Source: the human T2T-CHM13v2.0 reference genome, Homo sapiens. From it: a DNA stretch of 64,000 nucleotides. Shown one piece after another: positions 1 to 20,499 of this stretch. The stretch lies in NCBI RefSeq assembly GCF_009914755.1, contig NC_060939.1; one strand, written 5' to 3'. Numbering within the stretch: the first letter of the stretch is position 1; each line of letters starts with the position of its first letter. The position numbers and the translations under genes were made by a program. The notes beneath the pieces were generated by a model. The model had not been told where the DNA came from. It ran no database searches and was given only the letters and a program-made list of their open reading frames with translations.

Positions 1-758
1 AGGGAACTCCTGACCTCAAGGTGATCTGCCTGCCTAGGCTTTCCAAAGTGGCTGGGATTACAGGTGTGAGCCAAAGGCATGAGCCACAGCGCCTGGCCTG
101 GAAATGCCGTTTCAATCTAAGCAGAGAGATCAGAACCAGACAAAGTATTCTGTGAGCTGGTACTTCTCCTATCAGAGCACTGAGGACACTTTATTATCAT
201 CCTTTGTTAAATTGTCTGGCTCCACTGCTAGACAGTAAGCTCATTGTGGTGGGAACCATGTGTCCTCCCATCTCCCTGGCATCTAGCACAGTGCACAGAA
301 GATAGTAAAATCCCAGTGAATGTTTTCTGAATGAATGGTTTTTAAAAGTTAATTCTTTATTATAAACCATGCAAAAATGATGAAAATTTCATTTATTTTA
401 TTATTTGACTTTTTTGGAGAGACAGTCTCCCTTTGCTGCCCAAGCTGGGTTTAAACTCCTGGCTCCAAGTGATCTTCCCACCTCGAACGTCCCAAAATGC
501 TAGGATTACAGGCTTGAGATGCCTGGGCCAAAAATGATGAAAGTTCTAAATCTCTAAGCAGGGGACAAGATAGCACATTATTGTGAATGGAGTTTGAGCA
601 TCAAAAAAACATTGGGAAGCACTTACCTGAGTAATCTCTAAAATGTCTGTTGGCTCTCTGACTCTAGATCAAGAATTTATGGATGACCTGCTCTGTAGAC
701 CAGCAGTGGGGGTCCATGGTACTCACATCATTCTAGACTAGATAACCGAAGCCACCAC

Positions 759-1526
<768 letters not shown>

Positions 1527-1894
1527 AGAGCTGCTGGAATCTTTACTGGGTTGAGTTCACTATTAGAACCACTCATTGCCTCCCCCATTTATCCCCTTTT
1601 AAGGAAGATACAAAAGACAGGTATGTTTCTAATATCTTCACCCTTCATATTCAAAATTATCACCCTCATTGCTCCCCTGCTTAAACCCTCTGAGTCAGCA
1701 GGATGGGTCTCATTTCACCCTGAGTTGCCTTTCCACACCTTTCTCATCAAGTCTCTAATCAATTTGTGGAATTACGGGATATTTTTATTTTCTTCTTTGT
1801 GCTTTTCTATGTTCTTTGCAAACTATCCACATTGAACACTTATTTTTGTAAGGAGAAAGAGTAAATGTAACATAGAGAGGAAAAAAATACCTAT

Positions 1895-2357
<463 letters not shown>

Positions 2358-2778
2358 CATAGACTCCCTTAAAACTCAACTCGAGTCCACACTGACCTGT
2401 CTGTCCCACTCAACAGGTACTAACTAGATTATTTCTCATATGGTGACTTCTTTATGTTTATATTTCTCAGATGACACTGGAAGTTACTTGAGGACAGAAA
2501 CTAGCACTGTGCAGGTGGCCATGCCTACAGTACATTCACACACCAATTGCCTGGAAATCCAAACACATTTCTCTAAAGAATCAGCACAGCAAATGATAGC
2601 TTCATCTCAGACTAGCAAATCAAAACCAATTTAACTCATTAAATATTTGAAATGTTGTATATATTGCAGGGAAACACTGGAAATACTAGCAATTAAGCAA
2701 AATAGATAAATCAATGGAAAGTTTGAGGAGTTTGGGGTCTAATTAGTAATAAATATATAAGCTAAAAAATAATTATTA

Positions 2779-3154
<376 letters not shown>

Positions 3155-3449
3155 TTACATAGTCTTAACGATGTAAAAACTGAATATAATCTAGTAAAAT
3201 TACAATAAAACTATATTGAAGGGATGAGGGAGATAGGAACTGTGGGTATTTGGTGGAAATGGAAGGGAAAACAGCTAAATTCTAATCATTCACAATGGGA
3301 CGCCACTAGATAGTACATAAAAATTGAAAAAAAATAATAATAATACAAACATATTACTTGAGACTTATTATAGAACTTGACTCCAAGCTATGTGCCTGTG
3401 TAACCCTGATACACTTAAAACTTTTAAAAATTTGTTAAAAGGTGGTGCA

Positions 3450-4030
3450 GGTAGACACCCTCCTGCCCTCCTGCTCTCCCTCCTCAGCTCTCTAGGCAGA
3501 CACTTTTCCACCTGTCCATCCCATCAACGGCTACTTCCCACTTGGAACCACTGCTCCCAGATGCTCACCTCTGCAAGGCCACCTGCCCCAGCAAGACTGG
3601 GGTTCAGATTCAGTCTCTCGGTCCCCTTTTATAAGGCCCCTGCACATCTGGCACAATGGGCTGAGACCTGCTCTCTCCTGGGGTCTCTCTGGACGCTCTG
3701 CCTGCAGCTGGACACACTGATCGTGGCAGGATGGGAGCACTGTCTTCCGCAGAACGGAAAGGCCTGCGACACTGTCATATTGTCCATCCCTCTTTGGAAG
3801 CTCACCACCTCGGGCTGGAGACTGTGTCTTCCCACAGCTTCTAGGGGCTGGAATCCTCACCCTGAGCCTGTTCTACCCAACAGTCCTTTGCTCCGACACT
3901 TTCCCCATCAAAGCACGACTATCCCATGACCTGTCCCGTCATTTGTCTCCAGATAAGCTAGGCCGGCTGAGGTGAAGCGAGCAGCAGAGCTGGGGGCAGA
4001 TGCACAATCTCCTTAGCTTCCGTCATGCAT
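3450..4030. promoter_or_regulatory. Candidate enhancer/promoter: GC-richer unique island with an E-box cluster and a minus-strand TATAAAAG
   Basis: CACCTG x2, CAGATG/CATCTG x3, CAGCTG, ACAAT sites, several CpGs; TATA at 3626-3633. Confidence 0.35.
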
Positions 4031-4249
4031 GGCCCTTCGCACTTCTTCCCTGGCACCCCCAGCTTTTTCTACCATTCTCCCCACAATCAGCGCTCCCAGT
4101 ATGCCAGCCCCCACACCCCTTATCCCTTCATCCCTATTCTCCCTGCCTGGAATGACTTCCTCCCACCTGGGGAAGCTTGTTCTTTAGTGCCCAATCCAAA
4201 TGCCACCTCCTTTGTGCAGCCTTCCCTGACCACCCTCTTTTCCACTGCC

Positions 4250-4620
4250 CAGAGAACTAATAGCTCGTGTCTGAGTGCTACATGCCAGGCACTAGGAGCT
4301 TTGCATGTGTTTTCTCATATCAAAGCCCACAGCAACTCCGTGAAGTAGAATAATCATTAGCTCCATGTAGCTGCTCAATTCATGTTGCTCGCCGATTAGC
4401 TGGTGAAACCAGGATCAGCATTCCACTTCTGCACTGTGACCTTGGGCAAGGCATATACCTCTCTGAGTTTTCATTTCTTTCTCTGACCAAAAAAAAAAAA
4501 AAAAAAGTAGGGGAATAATAATATGCCTGACATCCCAGTTTTATTGTGAGGATCAAATTGAATATAATGATGTCATAAGGAAGTACTCTAAGTGGTGGGA
4601 CACTAACCATACAAACGTTA
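4250..4620. mobile_element. MIR fragments
   Basis: ctgtgaccttgggcaaggcatatacctctctgagttttcatttc; gagtgctacatgccaggcactagg. Confidence 0.7.
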
Positions 4621-4813
4621 GCAGTTGGTATTCAGAGGAAAATGTGTCACCTGGCTCACAGGTAAAACATTTTATCCCTAACAAGGGCCTTACAGTTAAT
4701 GATGCCTTCATTTAAAGCAATATGCAGGTCGGGCACAGTGGCTCACGTCTGTAATTCCAGTGCTTTGGGAGGCTGAGGTGGGCAGATCACTTGAGGTCAG
4801 GAGTTCAAGACTA

Positions 4814-5101
<288 letters not shown>

Positions 5102-5263
5102 TCAGTCACCCCCACAGGAGGCTTTTGTACCCACCCTTGTTCATGGCCCAGAAGCTGCTGTCCTCCCAAGATCCCTGGGGCTGAGTCATATTCCTTTCCC
5201 CTTCCAGCATCTATCTTCTCCCCAGGGTTTGGGCCTCACAGCTCATGTCCTGGAGAGCACAGT

Positions 5264-5277
5264 GCGCCCTCTGGCAG
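5264..5277 (-). promoter_or_regulatory. Candidate CTCF motif CTGCCAGAGGGCGC
   Basis: Close match to the CCASYAGRKGGCRS core in unique intergenic sequence with a retained CpG; binding not shown. Confidence 0.45.
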
Positions 5278-5670
5278 GCTTGGATGGGTGGGGTTGGATC
5301 AACAGCAGGAGGGCCAACTTCACTGTCATGAATCACTTCCAAACCCCCATCCCATGCTAGTCTGTACTTGACAATTTGGCCTCACAGCAACTCTGTGATG
5401 TATTAAAACTCCACTTTAGGGTCCAGGAAACCAAGGGTAGAGAAGCAGAGGTGTTGCTCAAAATCACAACTGCTGGGTCTGAACCCAACTCTATCAGATC
5501 CCAAATTCCCTTCTCTTTTTCATGCTCTCTCTCCTTTCTCTGGGCAAGTTCAGGGAGATTCACATCCAAGATCCACCCAGCACACACTTCTTGAGCTCAG
5601 CATCAGCTCAGTCCCTGAAGGATCTCAGACTTCAGGCAAGTATCATATTTCCTTGATTCTAGGATCATTC

Positions 5671-5673
<3 letters not shown>

Positions 5674-5733
<60 letters not shown>
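5674..5733. repeat. (TG)30 microsatellite
   Basis: Uninterrupted TG run. Confidence 0.97.
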
Positions 5734-5740
<7 letters not shown>

Positions 5741-5943
5741 ATTTGGTTTGGTTTTTTGTTTTTTGAGACAGGGCCTGGCTCTGTCACTTAGGCTGGAGTG
5801 CAGTGGTGCAATCACAGCTCACTGCAGCCTCAACCTCCTGGGCTCAAGTGATCCTCCTGCCTCAGCCTCCCAAGAAGCTAGGACAATAGGCATGTACCAC
5901 CATCCCTGGCTTTCATTTTTTTTTGAGACAGAGTCTTGCTTAG

Positions 5944-6111
<168 letters not shown>

Positions 6112-7003
6112 TAGCCAGGATGGTCTCCATCTCCTGACCTCATGATCCACCCGCCTTGGCCTCCCAAAGTGCTAGGATTACAGGCGTGAGCCATTGCGCC
6201 CGGTCCTGGCTTTCATATTTTTTGTAGAGATGGGGTCTTGCTATGCTGCCCAGGCTGGTCTTGAACTCCTGGGCTCAAGCAATCCTCCCACCTCAGCCTC
6301 CTAAATTGCTGGCATTACAGGCGTGAGCCACTGCACCTGACTCTCAGGATACAGTCTTAATTCACGTTTTGATGTTTCTAATATTAGGGTCTTACAAATG
6401 GTGACATCTTAGATTTTAGGAAATTTAGTAGGAGTTCTAGATTGAGAGCCTTAGATACTGTATTCAGGTGTCCACGTTCAGCTACCGACTAGTTTGTGCC
6501 TTTGGGGAAGTCGCTTTACCTCCTTGTACCTCAGGGAGTTAGTTGGTCTGAGTTTTGGTTCCGATTCTGCCACTGAACAGCTGTATGGCTTTGTAGTCCT
6601 CTGGGCCTCAGTTTCCTCATCTGAAAGTGAGGGGAGGGGTCACTGGTTTTCTAACTGTTCTTTTAAGCTGCGGAACGTGTTTTCCCTGATTATACATGAG
6701 TAAACAGCTAAGTTGCTGTGGGTGAAACAAGGGGTGGGGACCTCCTCTACTCCCTGTGCCTCTGCTGAGACTACCCTGGCAACAGCCTTGGCACCCTCAT
6801 TTTGGCGAATTTCTCTGCTTGGGTCTGGCTTGGGAGAACATTGTTCTGGGAGGTGGAGACACAGCTAGAAGCCTTGAGCTTCAGTATGGACTCTAGGCAG
6901 CTGGTTTGGCTGCGGAGTAATCACTTCCTGGCTTCACATCAGCTTCTCGTCTGTTAAGTAAAGTGGTAAATTAGATGATTTCTAAAAATACGTTCGGCTC
7001 TAA

Positions 7004-7345
<342 letters not shown>

Positions 7346-10124
7346 TAGAGAACTTATTTTTAACAAATTAAAAGATGGCAGGACCTCCCCTCCCCATTTT
7401 GATGTAATGGATCCTGGGAGGGACTTATATATGAATGTTTTTAAAAGCTGCCCAGACAACTATAATAGCAACTAGGGTTGAGAAGGACAATATCTCCTGA
7501 CCTGAAGCCTCAGTGGGGGATAAAGAATACAAACTACAAGGACATTTTGAAAAAGGAGTTCTAAAAGCTTAAATTTGGGAATGATTTGGTTTCTTTTGCA
7601 CTTACAAACAAATTGGTAGATGGGTACTTAGGAACCTATAAGCTATCAATCAGACAACCCTAAATGGGGGACGTCAGATATTTTTATTTGAAAATTGTTT
7701 TGGTATTCAAGTATCTCATATATCTGACCCTGCAGTAGGTATTATGGGTGAGAATTAAGCAAGTGTAAAGGTACCACTTTGAGAGTCTGTGATCCAACTG
7801 GAGAAACAAAACCGGTAGCAAACAGTATGGTATGAAATTAAATGCTAGGCCGGGTGAGGTGGCTCATGCCTGTAATCCCACCACTTTGGGGGACCGAGGT
7901 GGGCGGATCACTTGAGGTCAGGTGTCGAGACCAGCCTGGCCAACATGGTAAAACACCATCTCTACTAAAAATACAAAAATTAGCCAGGCACGGTGGCGCG
8001 TGCCTGTAATCCCAGCACTTGGGGACGCTGACGCAGGAGGACTGCTTGAGCCCAGGAGTTCAAGACCAGCCTGTTTGAACAAAGTGCGACCACATCTGTA
8101 CAAAAAATGAAAAAATTAGCTGGGAGTGGTGGTGCGTGCCTGAAGTCCCAGCTATTTGGGAAGGTGAGGTGGGAGGATCACCTGAGCCTGGGAGGTTGGG
8201 GCTGCAGTGGGTGTGTTCATGCCACTGCATTCCCACCTGGGCAGCAGAGGGAGACCCTGTCTCAAAGAAAAAAAAAAAAAAAAAGCTTCCTTTAAAGGAA
8301 GTGGCTTCTGGGTGGAAAGTGAAGTGGGTCCCGAGAGCCTACTGAGGGCAAGGACTGTATCCTCTTCAGTTCTGTTTTCTGATGGCCTAGTACAGACCTG
8401 GCACATGATTGTTCCTAAATATTTGCTAAATGAAAGTTGAGAAATGCTTATTTGAAGTCACTTGGAATTCTATTCTTCACCCCGAACTCAGGGTGGATAG
8501 AGAGCTGCTGTATTTACCCGGCATTGAGATCGTGAGACCTAGACTGGGGAAGGAGCAACAATGGGAAAGAGGAATGGACGGTTGAGACAGCTTAAAGCAA
8601 TTAACTGGCAGGGCAACACAACAAGTACCCAACTGAACTGCAGACAGTGGTATACACATGCATGCTTAGGGATGCAACTATGACCAGGTATGCGCTCAGT
8701 AATTAAGCCAGCACAGAGAGTTCATTTTACAGAGGAGCTGTGTGGTTTCCAGAACCATCCTGGCCAGAAGACTGACCTTTCTGCAAGTAACTGTCACCTG
8801 TGAGTAGAATGTTAAGCTATGCCACATCTACAGGGTGTTTTTCCAATAAAGATGGGGGAATCCTGGAGCCGGCTAAGGACAACTATCCTGGCTAATTGCT
8901 TCCGCAAACTTCTATTTTAAGAACACAGGTTTGGAGGCCAATTTACAGAGAGCATCTTTTAGTAAGGAGTAAGGAACAAACAGCAAACTGAACAATCTGT
9001 GTCTCAGAGCTGAAATTACAATGGGAGCTCAACCTCTTCCAGGGTGATAGAGCCAGCAGATGAATCCTTAAATCCTGGTAAATCCCCAAACTACACCGAA
9101 CCCCAAATAAAATTATACTCTGGTTATGAGATTCTCATACTGTGACTGTTTCACTCTGCTCCCCACAAAAGCACCAAGGGATCAATATCTGCCTCTTCAT
9201 ATACACTGGGTGGGGTGGGTGAGGTTAAAAGGGCCAAAGGGAAGTCAAAAGGCTTCAAGGCTGCTCCGACTCTGGGGCACTGGAGTTCTACAGCTGGAAG
9301 TCTACACCTCCATCACAGTATGCAGACAGGGTCTTGTTGCCCAGGCTGGACTGCAGTAGTATAATCATAGCACACTGCAGTGTGCTCAAGTAATCCTTTG
9401 CCTCAGTCTCCTGAGTAGCTGGGACTACAGGCGTGCACTACCATGCTCAGTTAATTTTAAAATTTTTAGTAGAGACAAGATCTTGCTATGTTGCCCAGGC
9501 TGGTCTCAAACTCCTGAGCTCATGCAGTCCTCCCGCCTTGGCCTCTCAAAGTGCTGGGATTACAGGTGTGATTCACCTCGTCTGGCCTGAGAGCTAATTA
9601 AAAAAAAAAAATTTATTTTGAGACAAGGTCTGGTTCTGTCGCCCAGGCTGGAGTGTAGTGGTGTGATCTCAGCTGACTGCAGCCCCTGCCTCCAAGCTTC
9701 AAGCGATCCTCTCACCTCAGCCTCCCGAGTAGCTGGAACTACAGGCATGCATCACCACACCCAGGCAGTTTTTGTATTTTTGTAGAGATGGGGTTTCACC
9801 ATGTTGCCCAGGCTGGCCTTGAACTTGTGAGCTCAAGCAATCTGCCCACCTCAGCCTCCCAAAGTGCTAGGACTGCAGGCATGAGCCACTGTGTCAGGTG
9901 AAAGCTGGTTTTTGATTTTTGATAGGCCAAGGTAATCTATAAAATTTCCCAACCATAGTGCCATAAGTAGATCATATGTATAATGAGATACTGATTTCTT
10001 TAGAGCTGAGGTGGGCCTGGACAGTCACTTCTGGCTACAAGCAGCCTTAACAGCTTACCCCAGTGTGCCTGTTTATCCCTGTGTCATACAAGTGTCTCTT
10101 TTTGTTACAAGATGAAAAGGTTAG

Positions 10125-10367
<243 letters not shown>

Positions 10368-10526
10368 TAAACTCCTGACTTCAAGTGATCTACCCGTCTC
10401 AGCCTCCCAAAGTGCCAGGATTACAGGCGTGAGCCACTGCACCCGGCCTAGCAGTCCCTTATTTTAAAATCATCTTTATTCCTAATAATTTTTGTATACA
10501 AAATAAAAGTTTAAGACCCTAATACA

Positions 10527-10671
10527 GCTGTGGTTCTTAACTTTTTTGGGGTCATTATCCCTTTGAGTATTTGATAAAGCCAAAGAGCCTGTCTCCAGAA
10601 TAATACACTACTACTTTTCATGCAATACTTCACATACAACTTGAGGGTTACAGAATCCAGATTAAGCCTCT
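10527..10671. mobile_element. Short hAT/Charlie MITE fossil (Charlie4-like)
   Basis: ctgtggttcttaacttttttggggtcattatccctttgagtatttgataaagc resembles recalled consensus. Confidence 0.55.
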
Positions 10672-10902
10672 GTTCTGGAAGGATTATCACAGAAACCCAC
10701 ATTTACTTATTTCAGAGGGGTTCATCTGCTTCCCCTCTGCCCTTTCTCTAATAAAACTTCAAAAAAACAGAATATTGTCAGGCCGGACGCGGTGGCTCAT
10801 GCCTGTAATCCCAGCACTTTGGGAGGCCGAGGCAGGCACATCACCTGAGGTCATTACGGACTTCGAGACCAGCCTGGCCAACATGGTGAAACCCCATCTC
10901 TA

Positions 10903-11208
<306 letters not shown>

Positions 11209-11249
11209 TCACGAGGTCAGAGGTCAGGAGATCGAGACCATCCTGGCTA

Positions 11250-11432
<183 letters not shown>

Positions 11433-11861
11433 TCAAAAAAATTAAAAAAAAAAAAAAAATTTCCTGGGCAGCATGCAGAAGCCACTATCAACCCTAGGTG
11501 GTATTCCCACAAACCCCCAGCTGCTCGGGGGTGGAGCTTGGGGCAGGGGGATATGCTCCTCACTGGCTCTAACACCATTTACCCTTGTAGTATCAACCAC
11601 TGGATGTTGGTAACCACTTGCAGATAGAAAGCAGTTCTCTGCACACCTCCCATTGGGCTTGGATGCATTTTGGTTAGTGTTTATACTAAAACACCCATGT
11701 AATCCTTCATACTACAGTTTCTCTTCTCCACTGCAAGCACATGACCTTGTTCATGTGTATTAGTCCCTCCACAGTTGTCACTAATCAAGGCAAGGTTGTA
11801 CATTTCCCATGGGGAAATGGAAGAAAAAGGAACACTTAAATCAATTAATTTCAGCAGCATC

Positions 11862-11867
11862 TTTATT
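11862..11867 (-). terminator. DPP8: Distal polyadenylation signal AATAAA
   Basis: tttatt on +; downstream on - strand gatttaagtgttcctttttctt (GU/U-rich element). Confidence 0.7.
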
Positions 11868-13247
11868 GCAACAAAGAACCTGTAATAAAATGCAAGAAAA
11901 CTAATGTTTCACTTTACATGATTAAAAGCCATATACCTAAAAATGAGAAAACCCATAAGCTTACTGGAGACATGCAATTCTTTTTATACAAGTCAATGCT
12001 TAAAACAGCAGGCACTTCATGTTCTAAAATTAAACACCTGAATTCCAATTTTGCTGAATACAATATAAATTTGTTTTGGGGTTACTTAAAAACAAACATA
12101 CAAACACTACTTTTTCTTTATCTGTAAAGGACTTATGAAATGATCACCTAGAGCCCAGGACCTTGCACTAACATCTCTATATTTGAGGCTGGAAGATGGC
12201 TAGGTGAGGCTGGGAAGGTGGGAATCAAAAAAGTTTCCTTTTTCCTTTATATCTGCTGGGAATAGACACACTCACCTTATATAGTTTAGAAATGGCCATG
12301 TCTCTTTTCTTACATCAAATAGCTATAAAGATGGGCTCCCAGGCTTAAGCAAGCACTCTACTCTATATTCCAATCCTCAAATCCTCCACTATACCAAGGA
12401 AGACACATTTAGTGCAATGAGTTTAATTAACTTCAGAATGTCATATACTAATCAGAAGTACTGCTTCATTAATAAACATGCTTAGCATTTACTTTGGAAT
12501 GGAAAAATTAACCATTTTTATGTGGTTACCTTTAAAATGTTTTATAGGAATATATTAATAAATATTTCTTTAAAAATTTACCTTTTCTATATATCATTTA
12601 ACTACCATGAGGCAGGACACCTGGCTGGAGTCCAGCACCAACTGGATACTAACTGGCTGTGTGGTCGTGGGTATATTTCCTCCTCTCTCTCTAGCATGTA
12701 GGTTGTTCTTCTAACAAATGAGAATATCAGCTTAGATTAAATCAAATATTGATTCCATCTTGAAAAATGCATGATTTAATAATGAGAAATCTTATAGGAA
12801 TCATTCCACCTAAAGAGAACTATGCTATAGAAAGGCGGGCTATACTTTCTGGAAGGAATAAAACAAGTAGTAAAAAAAAAAAAGTAAGCATCGGTATCAA
12901 TATCGCATTCTTTTAAAAGGTAATGCATGCATTGTGACCTAATCCTCTTGTATGAGGCTTTGGAAAAGAACCAGGAATGGCATAGAGAGAAAAACTTTCA
13001 TTCCAAAATTAATCTCCAGACAAAGGGGATAGAAACAAAGTAAACAACATCTCCTGCTGCTTTCAGAGTGAGACGGGGCCAAATAGTTACCACAGATGAG
13101 CAGCTTCATGGACTACTGTTTAGGTTCTTGTGAATCAGTCCAGTGTAAAAAATCACCTATTATTAATCCAACTCCATTCTCTATAGAAGAGTTTCTTAAA
13201 GTAGTCCACAGATGACTTACTATAGGATCGCCTGGAAAGCTTGTTAG

Positions 13248-13596
<349 letters not shown>

Positions 13597-15170
13597 TGGG
13601 AATACACATTTTTAAGAGTGAGATTCAAAACTCTACATTTCTTTTAGAAGTATCCCAGATGAATCTTAGATTTTGAGTTCCACTACTCTGTAATGCTCAA
13701 GTAACTATCCCTCTGGATGGTTGTTCAAGTGTACACATTTATCAAGTCTTTAAAAACGTAGTATGATATTTAACCTAGTGCTTTTTGGCTCCCACTAAAC
13801 TGTTGCTACTTTTATATATTCTTGCCGTTTAAGCTGTTACCCATACTCAGGGGGTACAAACTTTTAGTGAGATTTCTACTGATTGCCTCAATTGACTATG
13901 ATATTTTCCACACTGATTGTAAAAAGCAAATTCAGTCAAACTGTCTTTCTGTAAGAGAATTCATTCAGGTATTTTTTCCTGCTAAAGAAGCAGAATGGCA
14001 TTTAAGTGACTGGGAGTGATAATAGAAGCATTCTTTGTGATAGGAGGAAAGGAGAAGGCAACATGCAAAAGGAAAACACCTGTGAACTCCAGAGTACATG
14101 AAGTTTTCTAAGTTTGTTTCGGTAAAATAAGAGATGCCACTTTGAAGAAACAGCCTTAATGGGTGAGAGGTTTCAATGGAGTAGCTGCTTAAAAGCTACT
14201 GTATACCATTTCTACTTTGCATATATTATAAGGATAGATCCTTCGAGGCCAGTTAGTCCAAACAAAACAAAACAAAACAAAACAAAACACCCTCCACAGT
14301 CAGATATATACTTAAGGGGGAAAATACTTTCTTGGGGAAGAAAGTTACCCAAATCAATTTAATTTAACATTGAAAATATATATAAACAAATCTTGGCATG
14401 GGAAAATATCAAACATGAAAAGCAATACATATACAGATAATAAGAAAAAGCGTGGTATCTATTATACAGTATAAATACAAACAGCAAAACCCAATACCTT
14501 TCCCAACGACAGAACCACCATATCATCCTGCCATTTCTGGGCTTTCCCTACCTCCCACTTGGTGTCAATGAAGTCCACCTCTTACCAATAGTCACCAACC
14601 TTACTAATGGAGGCTGTGCTCTCTATGGGGAAATCTACTCTCTCTGTAGTGATGAGAAAGAAATATAGCAAATTTTCTTGGAGTGTTGTTTAAAAGTATT
14701 GGTAATAACTTTCTAAACACTGAAGTGTGTGATAAAAAGCATCAAACTCATAGATGCCTTCCCTGCCACTGGTGTCAATGTGACCAATCTAGCACCCCAA
14801 GACTCTAACAGGGCAGATCTCAATTAGCACCTGAAAGCCTATGAGCTCTCTTCATAGCTAAATCCTAGTGCTAAACCAAGAAAAGTTCATGATCATTCAG
14901 AAAAACTGTTTACAGGCTTTAAACACCAAAAAAAAAAAGAGAGCCATGGCTTGCCAGGGATTAGTTTATGGTAAAGAGGTTATCTATAAACATTTGTATT
15001 TTAAGCTTACAATATCTAAATTATGTTCAAATAATTTTAAAAGGATAAAGTTTAAATTTGTAAGATTTCTAAACCTAAGAGGAAAAAAAAAAAGAATTAT
15101 AAAAGTAACTCTAAGGAACTTTTCCTCCCCTGAATCATGTTACTCTGTAGCTGTGCTGGCAAGACAGTGA

Positions 15171-15176
15171 TTTATT
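15171..15176 (-). terminator. DPP8: Candidate intermediate polyadenylation signal AATAAA
   Basis: Hexamer followed by cactgtcttg on - strand; usage unknown. Confidence 0.35.
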
Positions 15177-16130
15177 GATTCTGGTTTCCTTAATATTACA
15201 GTTGTTTAAATTTCAGTTTCCAAACATTTTCATGAGTATTTTTGTTAAAACTACTTCTGCTTAGTTTTTAATCAGGCCCTCACCACCTCTTCTCTCTGTC
15301 ATTCCCCAAACCCAGGTCTCCCCACCCCACTGTGATTCCCTTCAATCTCCTTAAAATTCTAGAATATTTTAATAAGGAAATACCAAATGGAAACTGGCAC
15401 CACTAAATTTTCTGAAGAATTCTAGTGAATGTGTACTTTTTCCTTTTCTTAAAGGAAAAAAAAAAACTTGCCTGCAAATATTTAAGCTCTAATCATTTGA
15501 TTAAAAATTTTCTGCCTGTAATTATCAATATCATGACTAATTAAATCCATGCTACATATACAGTTACTAGCCTTTATGCAAAAGGAAAAGCCCACTCTGT
15601 TAATATCATCAAAGAAAAATGAGAATTATTTATACTAGATACAGATTAAATTGGCTAAAAACTGGTCAGTGCCAAAACAAGTGTCTTTAGGAGGCCACTA
15701 AGTTATCCTTGAAAAATTATTAATGAATGACTGGTTAAGTCAAGTTTAATAGTTATTAGTTCATAACATGCTGGATATGCCCAAGCAATGAAGCATAAGC
15801 TATTCAATTACATTTAAGTGCTATCAAATCTGTAACTAGTCAAAGATTCTGGAACTGAACCAAACCAATCACTAATATCATCATATTTTAACAAACTCAA
15901 AAGTATACTGTAAAAATACACTAATTAAGTTCATGAAGTTTATAATACTATTAAAAGTGAAAATAGGGTAGTATGAATACATGGTGCTAATGTCTTTTTT
16001 TTTTTTTTTTTTTTAGTAATTCTTATGGTATTGCTGGGTCTCTCAGGAATATGTATCATTTGATTTTGAGCATGTGGGGTTAAGGTATTAGATTACTACC
16101 ACAAACCGTAGACCCCTGCATGGCACCACA

Positions 16131-16136
16131 TTTATT
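16131..16136 (-). terminator. DPP8: Candidate proximal polyadenylation signal AATAAA
   Basis: Hexamer ~125 nt after the stop codon; usage not shown by the sequence. Confidence 0.35.
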
Positions 16137-16261
16137 TTCAGGAGTAGATGTTACATGGCAGGTATCAAAATGTGATGATCAATTCTGTGTTTTCTGTTGA
16201 TTAAACCTCCTCATTTGGTTAAATAGCCAGTGTATACCAGAGAGTTCTACACAGGTCAAAA

Positions 16262-16465
<204 letters not shown>

Positions 16466-16596
16466 TTAACAGGATTAATAATACGAAGCACAGCCTCTAT
16501 GCAATATTGTAGAATAAATCCTATCTAAACGCTCCTCTCTTCATCTTATGATTTCCTTATTTAACATTAGGCTTAATGATGGATTTATCTGTAGAC

Positions 16597-19780
<3,184 letters not shown>

Positions 19781-20346
19781 CTATAAATATCTCATAGTTT
19801 AAACATAAATATCAACTGAAATGTTAAAAAGGAAAAAGTAATTTTTTCATTTTTTGTGTGCACATAATCTGTTTAAGGAGTAAAACACAGTTTTAAGAAA
19901 AACTGGAATAAGGAGCAATGAATAATGGAGCAATGGAGGAGAGTAACTTGCTGGTTTTTCCTCCAATGTCAATGTAAAATAAAAGAAAATCAAAAGACCA
20001 TATAATCAGGCCCTAAAAATCCTTTTACAACCATGAAATCAAAATAGCACATCCTCACCCTTCAAAGTGGAAAAAGAAAAGCAAAGGATAACAGTGAATG
20101 GACTTCCTGTCATCTTTTCCATGCTTCCAAACTGAAAGCAGATACAGACACACAGTCATGTAATCTGATAGGCAGGTATGTCAGCCTGACTGCAACAGAA
20201 TCTTAATTTTTATCCAACTACAGGCACTACTAAATATGCCTCTTACTTTAGTTCTCTTAAGCAGAGGGTGGACACTCTAAAAATCTGGACTTACCCCACA
20301 GCTAATAGATTTCAAAGTAATCAATCACTAATCATGACTGCATTTA

Positions 20347-20499
<153 letters not shown>

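Noticed and set aside
3390-3929. 179-aa ORF, the longest in the track, and overlapping antisense ORFs
   Set aside because: No recognisable domain, starts at the edge of degenerate repeat-like AT-rich sequence, and is explained by local GC richness; the region is better treated as regulatory.
8690-8930. Near-consensus RUNX, NF-kB and MEF2-like motifs in unique intergenic sequence
   Set aside because: NF-kB and MEF2 matches are imperfect; not distinguishable from chance without chromatin data.
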